64,000 nucleotides of DNA, taken from Verrucomicrobiota bacterium. Its GTDB lineage: Bacteria; Verrucomicrobiota; Kiritimatiellia; CAIQIC01; JAGNIJ01. The translations under genes and the position numbers were made by a program. The stretch covers positions 3,771 to 67,770 of the forward strand of contig DAISJM010000002.1 in assembly GCA_036821485.1 (NCBI GenBank), in the 5' to 3' direction. The notes below the pieces were generated by a model that was not told the DNA's origin, did not search any database, and saw nothing but the letters and a program-made list of their open reading frames with translations. This document shows positions 1 to 8,903 of the stretch, one piece after another. Within the stretch, counting starts at the first letter, position 1. Every line of letters starts with the position of its first letter.

Positions 1-597
1 AAGTTCAATGATCTCCTGACGGGCCGCAAACATGCCCGGCGCGTAGATGAGACCCGTGCTGAGCCCCGCGCCGCCTTCATCCAGCGCCTTCTCCAGCAAC
101 GCCGCCATACCTTTCAATTCGTCGGGTGTCGATTCCCTCGCCTCGTAGCCCACCACACCCGCCCGAATGCTGTTGTGACCGATCAGCAGAACGATATTCA
201 CGCCGGGCTGAACCTGCTCCAGCAGCGCGCGATATTCGGCCACGCTGCTCCACGCGCCGGGGTATTTCTTTGCACGCCAATCCGAGGGCATCTGGTAGGC
301 GCCCACTCGCGGCGCGGCCGATGCCCCACAGTTGCCCACCACTTCCGTGGTTACACCCTGGAAGACCTTGCTCGCCGCGGAGGGCTCGATGAGGATGTAG
401 CCGTCGGAATGGGAATGTACGTCGATGAAGCCGGGACAGACCGTCTTGCCGCGGGCATCCACAACCCGGGCCGCTGCGGAACCCGCCAGATCGCCCATCG
501 CTTCGATGCGGTCGCCTCGGATGCCGACGTCCGCGCGGACCACCGGCTTGCCCATACCGTCCAGCACCAGTCCGCCTGCTATAAGCACATCGAACAT
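1..597 (-). CDS. N-acyl-D-amino-acid deacylase (D-aminoacylase) family amidohydrolase; N-terminal part only, 3' end runs off the window start
   Basis: Minus-strand translation from the ATG at 595-597 (GTG at 601-603 is an alternative) reads MFDVLIAGGLVLDGMGKPVV...TVCPGFIDVHSHSDGY...GNCGASAAP, which is a typical D-aminoacylase N-terminus. It is missing from the ORF track because it is cut by the window edge. Confidence 0.75.
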   Translation of the reverse strand, partial: MFDVLIAGGLVLDGMGKPVVRADVGIRGDRIEAMGDLAGSAAARVVDARGKTVCPGFIDVHSHSDGYILIEPSAASKVFQGVTTEVVGNCGASAAPRVGAYQMPSDWRAKKYPGAWSSVAEYRALLEQVQPGVNIVLLIGHNSIRAGVVGYEARESTPDELKGMAALLEKALDEGGAGLSTGLIYAPGMFAARQEIIEL

Positions 598-636
598 GGC
601 CACTCCATCGGAATGTCCGCGAGTACCCGCGCAGCC

Positions 637-1200
637 CTAAGCCGGCGCGGAATCGGCTGCCGGGGCCTGGGGAACCGCCTGCGGTGCAGCGGCGGCCGGT
701 TGATTACCCAACAGCTCAAGTACCTCACGCTGAACGTGCTCGAGATCCGTCAGCTTCAACCCCGGGTCCGGCACCGTGAAACTCTCGCCCGTGCCACGGT
801 GTTCGTACACGTGGATTCGGGCGCCATCCTCCCGCACCTGCACATCGCGCTCAACCAGAACACGCCGCCGCTCCAGCATGACGGCGAGGATGAAGATGGC
901 ATTCCCGCGTGAAGGATCATTCGTCGCCATGAGTTCGCGGAGCAGCGACTCAGCCGTCTCTTTCTTGAGCGGTTCCGGAGCCGGCGGAGGTGGAAGCTTG
1001 AAGACGGATTTCCACGTGCTCTGCGCCCCCGCCTTGGACTGCGGCTTCTCCCAGCAGGTGCCGCAATAGTCGCCTCTCACGTATTCGCCCTGCTCGAAGC
1101 TCAACTGTGAGAAGAATGTCTCCAAATCAACAAAACCGCGGTTACAGCCCTTGCAGACGTCACTGCGAGCCCTGATGTTCCATTCCTGGTTTGTACTCAT
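637..1200 (-). CDS. hypothetical protein with N-terminal CxxC...CxxC zinc-ribbon-like motif
   Basis: The real product probably starts at the internal Met MSTNQEWNIRARSDVCKGCNRGF...CGTCW. The 401-aa track ORF is a GC-rich N-terminal extension that overlaps pgsA in another frame. Start 1200 lies 24 nt after the pgsA stop. Confidence 0.5.
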   Translation of the reverse strand: MSTNQEWNIRARSDVCKGCNRGFVDLETFFSQLSFEQGEYVRGDYCGTCWEKPQSKAGAQSTWKSVFKLPPPPAPEPLKKETAESLLRELMATNDPSRGNAIFILAVMLERRRVLVERDVQVREDGARIHVYEHRGTGESFTVPDPGLKLTDLEHVQREVLELLGNQPAAAAPQAVPQAPAADSAPA

Positions 1201-1223
1201 GAAGATCGCTCCGGCACGCGGGA

Positions 1224-1811
1224 TCAGTCTTTGCCCTGCAATAGATCCCGATGCTCCTGGAAGTAAAGAAGGCCCGAGGCAAGCGTGATGGCCGCCACAG
1301 CGGCCGAAATTGCGAGCGAAATATAGCCGAAACAGAAATCGTAGTTCTGCAGGAGCTTCTCCGGCGACCCGCGAAGCACATCGTGGCGAACCGCCGTCCC
1401 CAGCAGCAGCGCCACGATCGCCACGATCTGCCAGACGGTCTTGTGTTTGCCCCACTTGCCGGCGGAAACGATCTCGCCCTTGCTCGCCGCCAGCAACCGG
1501 AGACCCGTCACCAAAAATTCGCGGGAAATAATGACCACCGCAATCCATGCCGGCACGAGACGGAGTTCGACGAAGCTGACAAAGGCCGCGCAGACCAACA
1601 CCTTGTCCGTCAGCGGATCCATCAGCCTGCCGAACGCAGTGACGCCGTGACCACTGCGCGCGAGATAGCCATCGAGGTAGTCGGTGATCCCCGCGATGAC
1701 AAAAACCAGAAGTGCGAGACTCTTGGCGAAGGGGAACGAGATGGTCAGCAACGCCATCATGATCGCCGCAAGACCGAGGCGGCTCAGCGTAAGCATGTTG
1801 GGCACATTCAC
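1224..1811 (-). CDS. pgsA: CDP-diacylglycerol--glycerol-3-phosphate 3-phosphatidyltransferase
   Basis: 195 aa; CDP-alcohol phosphatidyltransferase motif DYLDGYLAR...G...G...D and multiple TM segments; 4-nt overlap with the upstream gene. Confidence 0.88.
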   Translation of the reverse strand: MNVPNMLTLSRLGLAAIMMALLTISFPFAKSLALLVFVIAGITDYLDGYLARSGHGVTAFGRLMDPLTDKVLVCAAFVSFVELRLVPAWIAVVIISREFLVTGLRLLAASKGEIVSAGKWGKHKTVWQIVAIVALLLGTAVRHDVLRGSPEKLLQNYDFCFGYISLAISAAVAAITLASGLLYFQEHRDLLQGKD

Positions 1812-2404
1812 GGCTTGCTCTCCGACGTCGAGCCACCCTCAATGTAGGAATCCGGCGGATCCATCACCACGGGCAGCGGCCCCCGTTCAACGTCCGCTGC
1901 AGGCGCCGGGGCCGACACGGTCTGAACCTTCTCGCCCTGTTCAACGGTACGCGCCGCACAGCGGCTGAGGGAAAGTCCCAGGATAACAACCAGCAACAAG
2001 ACTCCCCCGCCGATCGCGGCCGGGCGCTTCCAATTCCTCTGCGTGACAAACAACGTGGCCCACGGACGCCGGGGTATGACGGGCGCGGAATCGTCTGCAG
2101 GCATGTCCTCATCCGGAGGCGGCGGCACAGGCACCGGGCCCTCCGGCGGAATGAACTGCGGCCGCTCCTTCGGCGCATACGTGTCCATGTACTCGCGAAT
2201 GAGCGGCGCGGCATCGAGAGCCAGATACTCGGCATACAGCTTGAGAAAGCCCTTGGCGTAGATCGGCGCGGCCACGCGGCTATAGTCATCCCGCTCCATC
2301 GCCTCGATGGTCTGGATCTTCATACGCGTCGCGGCGGCCGCCTGCGAACAGGTGACCTTCTTGCGCTCGCGCGCGGCTTTGAGTGTTTGTCCCAGCGTGG
2401 GCAT
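1808..2404 (-). CDS. RodZ-like helix-turn-helix (XRE) membrane protein
   Basis: N-terminus MPTLGQTLKAARERKKVTCSQAAAATRMKIQTIEAMERDDY is an HTH_XRE/RodZ-type domain, followed by a Pro-rich linker and one TM segment. Start chosen at the internal Met at 2404; the track ORF extends to 2491 and would overlap ftsK. Confidence 0.7.
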   Translation of the reverse strand: MPTLGQTLKAARERKKVTCSQAAAATRMKIQTIEAMERDDYSRVAAPIYAKGFLKLYAEYLALDAAPLIREYMDTYAPKERPQFIPPEGPVPVPPPPDEDMPADDSAPVIPRRPWATLFVTQRNWKRPAAIGGGVLLLVVILGLSLSRCAARTVEQGEKVQTVSAPAPAADVERGPLPVVMDPPDSYIEGGSTSESKP

Positions 2405-2409
2405 GTTTC

Positions 2410-4839
2410 TTAAACTTCCGTCTCGTCGGTCGGATTCTGCGGAATCTCTCCGTCGAGGTCGATCAGAATTTCCCGCGGATCCGAACCACACGGCGGGCCA
2501 ACAACCCCGCGCTGCTCCAACAGGTCCATCAACCGCGCCGCCCGCGTGTACCCAATCCGCAGCCGCCGCTGCAGCGACGAGGTGGACGCCCGCTTCGTCT
2601 GGCGGATAATCTCGATTGCCGAATCAAGCAGGTCATCCTCCCCCATATCGGGCAAGTCGGGGGCGTTGCTGTCCATCTTGTCCTTGATGGTGTTTTCGTA
2701 CTGCGGCTGCCCCTGCTTCTTGATGAAATCGACGATTCTCCGCATCTCCGCGTCCGTGGTCATCGTGCCCTGCGCGCGGGTCAACTTGCCGCTGCCCGGC
2801 GGCAGAAAGAGCATATCGCCCTTGCCCAGAAGCTTGTCGGCACCGTTGGCATCGAGGATCGTGCGGCTGTCCACCTTCTGCGCCACCTGGAAGGAAATAC
2901 GCGCCGGGAAGTTCGCCTTGATCGTGCCGGTGATGACATTCACCGACGGCCGTTGTGTGGCGAGGATCATGTGGATGCCCACCGCACGCGACAACTGCGC
3001 GAGCCGGGCAATCCCGGTCTCGATTTCCGCCTGCGCCACCAACATCAAGTCCGCCAGCTCGTCCACCACGATCACGATGTATGGCAGCCGGTCCGGCGGC
3101 TCATCGCTCGGCTTCTCAGCCTCGCCCGGCGCGCCCTCGAAAAGTTCGGTCTGCTTCAGAATCGGCCGGGTGTTGTAACTCTTGATGTTGCGCACACCGA
3201 CCTTCGCGAAAAGCTTGTAGCGCTTCTCCATCTCGTTGATCGCCCAGCGCAGTCCGATGCTGACCTTCTTCGGATCGGTGATGACCGGAACGACCAGGTG
3301 CGGCAGGTGGTTGTAGGTGGAGAACTCGACGATCTTCGGGTCGATCAGCATGAGGCGCAGCTCGTCAGGCGTGCGCGACATCAGCAGGCCCGTCAGGATG
3401 GAGTTCATGCAGACCGTCTTGCCGGAGCCGGTCGCACCCGCGATCAGCATGTGCGGCATCTCCGCCAGGTCCGCCACAATCTCGTGACCGCCCACGTCCT
3501 TGCCGATGGCCAGCGGCAACGCGGCCTTCCCGCTCTGCCACGTTGCGCTCTCGATGAGCTCGCGCAGGAACACCACCGTCGTCTTCGAATTCGGCACCTC
3601 GATGCCGACCACGCCCTTGCCGGGAATCGGCGCCTGCACGCGGACGCTCTCCGCCTTCATCGCCAGCGCGATGTTGTTGCCGAGCGCGACGATCTTCTCC
3701 AGCCGCACGCCCGGCGCCGGCAAGAGCTCGTACCGCGTAACCACGGGGCCGCGCTCGACATTCGTCACGTCGACCTCGATACCGAACTCTGCAAAAGTCT
3801 CCTTCAGCACCACCGCACTGGCTTGGAAATCGCCGCGAATTTCCCGGTCCTTTTCAGGCGGTAACGGGTCCAGCATGGAGACGGGCGGCAGTTTGAAGGC
3901 AGAATTGGTCTGGCTGAAGAGGGGCTCCGGGTTGACGGGTTCCGGCGCGCGGACCGGCTTCGGACGTTCCTTCTTCGGCGGAGGCGGCAACTCCTCGACC
4001 TCTTCCTCCACCTCGGGAATCTCCGGCTCGGGCACCGCTCGCGCACCCCGTCCGGGCGTGATGATAACCGCCGGCCGAATGGCGGGTTTTTGCACAGCCG
4101 CCTCGCGCTCAGCCTTCTCCTGCTCTTGCTCGCGCATGACGTCTTCCAAACGCCGGCGCTGCTTCTCAACCTTGCGCTGCTCCCGCTCAATCTGCGACCG
4201 TTCATCGCGGTGCTCCGCGATCTTCTCATCCACCTTCTTAAACAGCGCCACGGCCAGCACCCCAATCGCGTGCGCAATCTGGAGAGGATGAATCTCGATG
4301 AAAAGAATCAGGCTGATCGCCAACAACGACGCCGCGATAATGCCCGTGCCCACCGTACCCAGCCACCGCACCAGCATTTCATCGGTCAGAAAGGACCCCA
4401 CCACACCACCCGGCCCGCAGGTGTTAAGCTTCTCCACAACCCCTTCCCACGCACCGGGTTGTAAATCGAAGATACAAAGCAGCGCCAAGAGCATCACGGT
4501 CAGCCAAACCGCCTTCGGCCAAACGCGCCCCTCGCGTTTGAAAATGAGGAGCAGGCCGATGATCATCAGCCCCGCCGGCAACAGATAGGCCCCAATGCCG
4601 AGGGCCATGAAGAAGAAGAAGGCAGTCCACGCGCCCACAGGACCGATGAAATTCTCGGCAGGCCGGTTTGGCGGCGATTTCAGCAGGGGAATATCGCCCG
4701 GTGCATAGGAAAACAGGCTGAGAAGAAACAGGAGGGCCACCGTCACCAGCAAAATGCCCCAAGCCTCCCGCCACCCGGTTCTAGCTATTTCCTTCCTTAC
4801 CGCCATGGCCGTACAAAATAGCAGTACCCCACGCCTCAA
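2410..4839 (-). CDS. ftsK: DNA translocase FtsK (FtsK/SpoIIIE family)
   Basis: 809 aa; N-terminal polytopic membrane domain, Pro/Glu-rich linker, ATPase core with Walker A GATGSGKT, and a C-terminal gamma winged-helix ...[29 protein letters not shown]. Confidence 0.96.
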   Translation of the reverse strand: [809 protein letters not shown]

Positions 4840-4940
4840 GCAAGCGCGACCGCAACGACCGTTGGGGCTTCAGTATGGCAGACTTCGATGCCAAGACCTT
4901 CGACCATTACGACAGGGTCAATAGCGGCTTGGCGCGACGA

Positions 4941-5228
4941 TTACCCGAAGGACGGAGCTGTGGCAGTCGTCCACAGGAATCCGCCTGATGGATTGATGCA
5001 TGAGAAGTAGATGAGGAAGGACCGCAGGAGGCTGACATCGGTGATGGCCATGTACTCATCCAAGTTCCCCGCCGCATCGTAGGAACAGAGGACCTTTGAC
5101 TCACCGCCGTAGTCGGCCTGCACCAACCGGTATTGAGCGTCGTAGCTATACTTGACCGTTGTCCCCGCCTCCGCGGCAAGAACACAACCTAGCAGCACGA
5201 TCCCCACTAACCACCAACGCTTGTTCAT
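4941..5228 (-). pseudogene. signal-peptide plus YD-repeat N-terminal fragment (RHS/YD family gene remnant)
   Basis: MNKRWWLVGIVLLGCVLAAEA (signal peptide) followed by two YD repeats (YSYDAQYRL..., SYDAAGNL), then unrelated low-complexity sequence and a stop after about 95 aa. Far too short for an intact YD-repeat protein. The upstream in-frame extension to 5360 is unlikely to be coding. Confidence 0.5.
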
Positions 5229-5310
5229 GAACCCCCCTTCGCAAGCTTCATGCTTCTCTTTTTTTTGCAGGCTAACTTCGCCTATTCGACATCCAAGGAC
5301 CGCCCCCGCA

Positions 5311-5883
5311 CTAGAGAGGGATGCAAAAGGGTATGAAGTGCCGGTACTTCTTTTCTTCAAACTTCAACGTCTTCTTCTCCCCCCAACATGACAGCTCTAC
5401 CTCAAGTCTCCCGTCCCGGACTACACCACCCTCAAGCCTCACTGACAATATTGTGCCGCGGAAGATCTCTGTCTCTTGAACGGATGACGGAGCGACAGCA
5501 GCCCCATCAATCTTTTCAAAGATGACATCTCCCAGCCCACCGGAATGCACAAGCTTGAGGATATTCGTTTCGTGAGGGGGATACAGAGCCTTATCGGTCA
5601 TCGGCACAATCGGTATGAAAGCAGGCCCCACCCAACTCATACGATCAGCCAGAACAGGATACACCACAACCTCATTGGTTGTCCCCATAACGAATTCATA
5701 TAGAGGAGGCTTATACTGCCCAAATGAGGGCTCTCTGCTGCGAGTATGCCACCCCCCTTTTTCCACCACATGAAAGCCATCCTCTAAATGCACAAGCGTC
5801 AGGTAATCGGCCGAATCCACGACAGAACACCCGCCCACCAAGCAAACCAGTACACAGGCCGCAGCCAGAACGAGTCTATTCAT
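5311..5883 (-). CDS. hypothetical lipoprotein
   Basis: MNRLVLAAACVLVCLVGGCS has a lipobox LVGGC; about 190 aa with no recognisable domain. The apparent upstream extension in the ORF track is encoded by the transposon inverted repeat and is rejected. Confidence 0.6.
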   Translation of the reverse strand: MNRLVLAAACVLVCLVGGCSVVDSADYLTLVHLEDGFHVVEKGGWHTRSREPSFGQYKPPLYEFVMGTTNEVVVYPVLADRMSWVGPAFIPIVPMTDKALYPPHETNILKLVHSGGLGDVIFEKIDGAAVAPSSVQETEIFRGTILSVRLEGGVVRDGRLEVELSCWGEKKTLKFEEKKYRHFIPFCIPL

Positions 5884-5905
5884 CACCACCACCCTGACAC
5901 CCTTT

Positions 5906-5931
5906 GGGGTCAGACCTACAAATAACAAATA
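5906..5931. repeat. left terminal inverted repeat of the transposase element
   Basis: Exact reverse complement of 6988-7013. Confidence 0.85.
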
Positions 5932-5934
5932 GGC

Positions 5935-6945
5935 TCATTCCAGCACCCCGAGGCTTCTCTCCGCCTGCTCCAACTTCCGCCGCAGCCCCTTGTCTGTCTT
6001 GACCAGCCGATCCGTTCGCCTCACCTGCCAACTGACCGCCGATCCCCACTGGAGCCCCAGCTCCCGCGCCACCTCCCGTTGCGTCAACCCGCTATGCCGA
6101 CTCAGCAACAGCGCCGCCAGCCCCCGCGCGCCCTGCCCCCTGCTCCGACAGCCAATCTCCTCGACAGGCACCCCCATCACCTGCGACACCGTCTTCAGGA
6201 CTCTCCTCGGCGCCACCGCCACCACCTGCCTTCGAAACGTCGTATCCTCCGGCCTCTTCAACCTGCCAACCTGTTCCGCCCCCACCTCCCGCATTCTCTC
6301 CATGAATCCCTCTCCGCCGATCCCCTCACTCGCCCCCTTCACCAACTTCTGGACTTCCTCGTCCGTCTTTGCCAACCCCTGTTCCACATACTTCCGGTAC
6401 GCCGAAGGCCTCCGCCCTTTCTGCCCCGCCAACTGTGCCAGCACCGGCCCCATCTCCAATCCCTCAATCGCCCTTGCCCTCCCCGCATAGGCCGGGTAGC
6501 TGCTCCAGCGATAGCCCCGCAAATACCGAACCTGCTCTTTTAGCGGCCTTTTCTCGATCTCCCCGACATGCACCGGGTTCAAGTGTACATACCGGCTCAG
6601 TTTCAGCAGGTACTCATCCCCCTCCACCGGCTTTCCCCCAAACCGACCCTGCAACAGATGTCCCACCCGCCGGTGCCTCTTGTTGAAGTACATCGTATAC
6701 GCCGTCATCAGCGACTGCATGAATCGGCTGATATTGGCCCCCGGTGTCTCCACCAGCAGATGCACGTGATTGTTCATCAGGCAGTACAGGTACAGCCTCA
6801 CCCCGTGCTTCCCTGCCTGCTCGCTCAACTGATCTAGGAACCGCCCACGATCCCCGTCATCCCGAAAGATATCCTGCCTCCCGTTCCCCCGAACGGTCAC
6901 GTGGTAGATCGCCCCCTCGAACACAATCCTTAGTTTTCTCGCCAT
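5935..6945 (-). CDS. IS200-like HUH (Y1) transposase fused to a DnaA C-terminal-like HTH domain
   Basis: 336 aa; the HUH motif is NHVHLLV; the catalytic Tyr helix AYTMYFNKRHRRVGHLLQGRF fits the IS200/RayT pattern; the C-terminal ~90 aa (SQVMGVPVEEIGCRSRGQGARGLAALLLSRHSGLTQREVARELG) resembles DnaA domain IV. Confidence 0.85.
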   Translation of the reverse strand: MARKLRIVFEGAIYHVTVRGNGRQDIFRDDGDRGRFLDQLSEQAGKHGVRLYLYCLMNNHVHLLVETPGANISRFMQSLMTAYTMYFNKRHRRVGHLLQGRFGGKPVEGDEYLLKLSRYVHLNPVHVGEIEKRPLKEQVRYLRGYRWSSYPAYAGRARAIEGLEMGPVLAQLAGQKGRRPSAYRKYVEQGLAKTDEEVQKLVKGASEGIGGEGFMERMREVGAEQVGRLKRPEDTTFRRQVVAVAPRRVLKTVSQVMGVPVEEIGCRSRGQGARGLAALLLSRHSGLTQREVARELGLQWGSAVSWQVRRTDRLVKTDKGLRRKLEQAERSLGVLE

Positions 6946-6986
6946 ACCCGCCTTCCTACCACCCCTTGCCCTCTCCGTCCACCCTC

Positions 6987-7466
6987 TTATTTGTTATTTG
7001 TAGGTCTGACCCCGGAAAGATCGGAAAGATTGCTTGCAGATCTACTCCCAAAGCTACTGAGTATCAGGCGCCCAAGGGAGGTCATCGTGGCCCACCCAAC
7101 ACCAAGAATGAAAATATTGCTGACAGCAGCATTCACGTAATCGAACACGTTGAAGTTCACAAAATCCTTGCTGTTCACCGGATTGGCAAGGAGAGCTAGA
7201 AGGCATAGCGGAGGAAAGCCCAGGAAAAGAACAAGCCCTGTTACGGCACCGACCGCGCGCTGTGCGAATGATGCAACTCTGAGAGAACAGAATATGAACA
7301 CGAGTCCCGACAACGCGGCGAAGTACAGGAAAACGGGATATCCTTCGGCAAAGAAGAACCCGATCGCGTTCTCTCTTTGGCTTTGCAGCGGGATGCTGGC
7401 AACGACGGAGATAGACGCCACACAACACACAATCGCAGAACCCAGTCTTAGCCTTTCAGTACTCAT
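6987..7466 (-). CDS. small 4-TM membrane protein, candidate RHS immunity protein; 3' end modified by the transposon insertion
   Basis: Starts 10 nt after the stop of the RHS C-terminal gene on the same strand. Four predicted TM helices. The final codons GVRPTNNK and the stop are encoded by the right inverted repeat. Confidence 0.55.
   Translation of the reverse strand: MSTERLRLGSAIVCCVASISVVASIPLQSQRENAIGFFFAEGYPVFLYFAALSGLVFIFCSLRVASFAQRAVGAVTGLVLFLGFPPLCLLALLANPVNSKDFVNFNVFDYVNAAVSNIFILGVGWATMTSLGRLILSSFGSRSASNLSDLSGVRPTNNK
6988..7013. repeat. right terminal inverted repeat of the transposase element
   Basis: Exact reverse complement of 5906-5931; it overlaps the last 8 codons and stop of the upstream 4-TM ORF. 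Confidence 0.85.
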
Positions 7467-7475
7467 CTCAGCACT

Positions 7476-8903
7476 CTATGGGAAGGAAGCCCGAATCACG
7501 GTGTTGGCGCTCGAAGTTGAGGATACGGAACCCCTCGATCCACGGGCTCCAATCGATATTGCTCCGCCATTCACTGGCGCGAGAAACACGCTGCGGGATA
7601 TTTCATTGGGGGTCGTCTGGGAGTCATGAACAATGGGCACCCCCGCAGCACGCAGACCGTCCGCCACAAGAGAACCACAGGTATACTCACTGCCATCAGA
7701 GGACTGAATACCGACTATCGCACCATAGTCATACCCGCCGAAGGTGCCTCCAACAAGAGCCTGCCCCGCAAATTTAAGAAGCCCAGCTTCATCAACCGCG
7801 CCGTTTGGTCGCATGATTTGGAATGTCTTCCCGTCCAGACTGTCCGGGGCATCAATAACAACACCGTCGCCAGGACGAGCCGTTAGAATACCATCCTGCA
7901 CCCTAATGCCAACATGCCCATACACATCTCCGGGAGTATTTGCATCTGCAGTGAAAATAGCGATGATCCACTGAATGATATTGTTATCGACATAGAGATA
8001 CACATCCCCAACCCGTCCCTGCGCCCAACTCTCCCCCCACCCCCACGGGTCGATGAAGTTCACCGGATCGCCGTGGCAGTAGGCGTACAGATTCAACCCG
8101 CCCGGAAGGCCAATCGGATCTTTCGTGAGCCACCGTCTCAGGTCCGCCGCGTAGTACCGCGCTTTGATGTAGTACAGCGACCCACCCTCGTGATACGCCC
8201 CATACCCGCCCCCGAACGTATACGGCGTCTCCACCCCGCCTGCCTGATCCAGCACTTCTCCGTACGGCGAATAGGCGTACTCCGCCACCACCGCCCCGTT
8301 GGTGTCCGTCAGCGCCAGCGTCGACCCCTGCTCATCCGCGTGGAAGTAGTACACCGCTCCGTTTGTTTCCACCTGCGCCAGCAGCCCCCGCGCGCCCCAG
8401 ATGTAGTACCGCACCGGCAGCCCGTTCGTGTCCGCCTCCATCAGCACGTTGTGCAGCGCCGCGCCACGATCCAGCACGAAATGCCGGGTGCCTTGCAGGG
8501 AATGCCGGGTCACCCGATCCCCCAACCCGTCGTATTCATAGGCGCTGGCCGTTCCCTCGTTCACCACGTTCGTCATCCGATTGTCGTGGTCGTATCCCAT
8601 CGCCAGCCCCATCCCGTTGGAGACCAGGTTCCCATTCGGATCGAAGTAGAAGGCGTTGGTCGTCCACGCCTCATCACCCGGGGCCGCAACACGAAGCGTC
8701 TGCGAAAGCCGATCGGCCCCGTCGAAGGTCATGCACTCCACCTTCGGCTGCAGGTCCCCCACCCGCCCCGCCACGATCTCCTCTTCCATCTTAAGCCCCA
8801 GCCCGTCCCGCGTAAATACCCGTTCCAGAAATGCCGTGGCACCGAGAATATAGGAGAATCCCGCCAGCCTCTGTGTATCGTCCCATTCAAACACCCCGGC
8901 CAC
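7476..8903 (-). CDS. 5'-truncated RHS/YD-repeat protein (orphan C-terminal fragment) with a variable C-terminal toxin domain, possibly a permuted papain-fold (LRAT / NlpC-P60-like) enzyme
   Basis: Multiple YD repeats (YEYDGLGDRV, YYFHADEQGSTLALTD, YAYSPYGEV). RHS core end RYYAADLRRWLTKDPIGLPGGLNLYAYCHGDPVNFIDPWG (DPxGL-type). A ~190-aa C-terminal extension with GDVYGHVGIRVQDG (like the LRAT His box) and YTCGSLV (like the NlpC/P60 YDCSGLV Cys box). The ORF opens with GTG directly after an in-frame TAA, so the N-terminal ~1000 aa of a normal RHS protein are missing. Confidence 0.8.
   Translation of the reverse strand: MAGVFEWDDTQRLAGFSYILGATAFLERVFTRDGLGLKMEEEIVAGRVGDLQPKVECMTFDGADRLSQTLRVAAPGDEAWTTNAFYFDPNGNLVSNGMGLAMGYDHDNRMTNVVNEGTASAYEYDGLGDRVTRHSLQGTRHFVLDRGAALHNVLMEADTNGLPVRYYIWGARGLLAQVETNGAVYYFHADEQGSTLALTDTNGAVVAEYAYSPYGEVLDQAGGVETPYTFGGGYGAYHEGGSLYYIKARYYAADLRRWLTKDPIGLPGGLNLYAYCHGDPVNFIDPWGWGESWAQGRVGDVYLYVDNNIIQWIIAIFTADANTPGDVYGHVGIRVQDGILTARPGDGVVIDAPDSLDGKTFQIMRPNGAVDEAGLLKFAGQALVGGTFGGYDYGAIVGIQSSDGSEYTCGSLVADGLRAAGVPIVHDSQTTPNEISRSVFLAPVNGGAISIGARGSRGSVSSTSSANTVIRASFP

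Larger units (their letters stand above)
5906..7013 (-). mobile_element. IS200/IS605-like (REP-associated tyrosine transposase-type) element bounded by perfect 26-bp inverted repeats
   Basis: 5906-5931 GGGGTCAGACCTACAAATAACAAATA and 6988-7013 TATTTGTTATTTGTAGGTCTGACCCC are exact reverse complements and flank a single transposase gene. Their AT-rich core contrasts with the GC-rich surroundings. Confidence 0.8.

Noticed and set aside
637-1842. 401-aa ORF spanning pgsA on the same strand in another frame
   Set aside because: Its N-terminal two thirds are Arg/Gly/Ala-rich, typical of a GC-rich off-frame translation, and overlap the well-supported pgsA. Only the last 188 aa from the internal Met at 1200 were kept.
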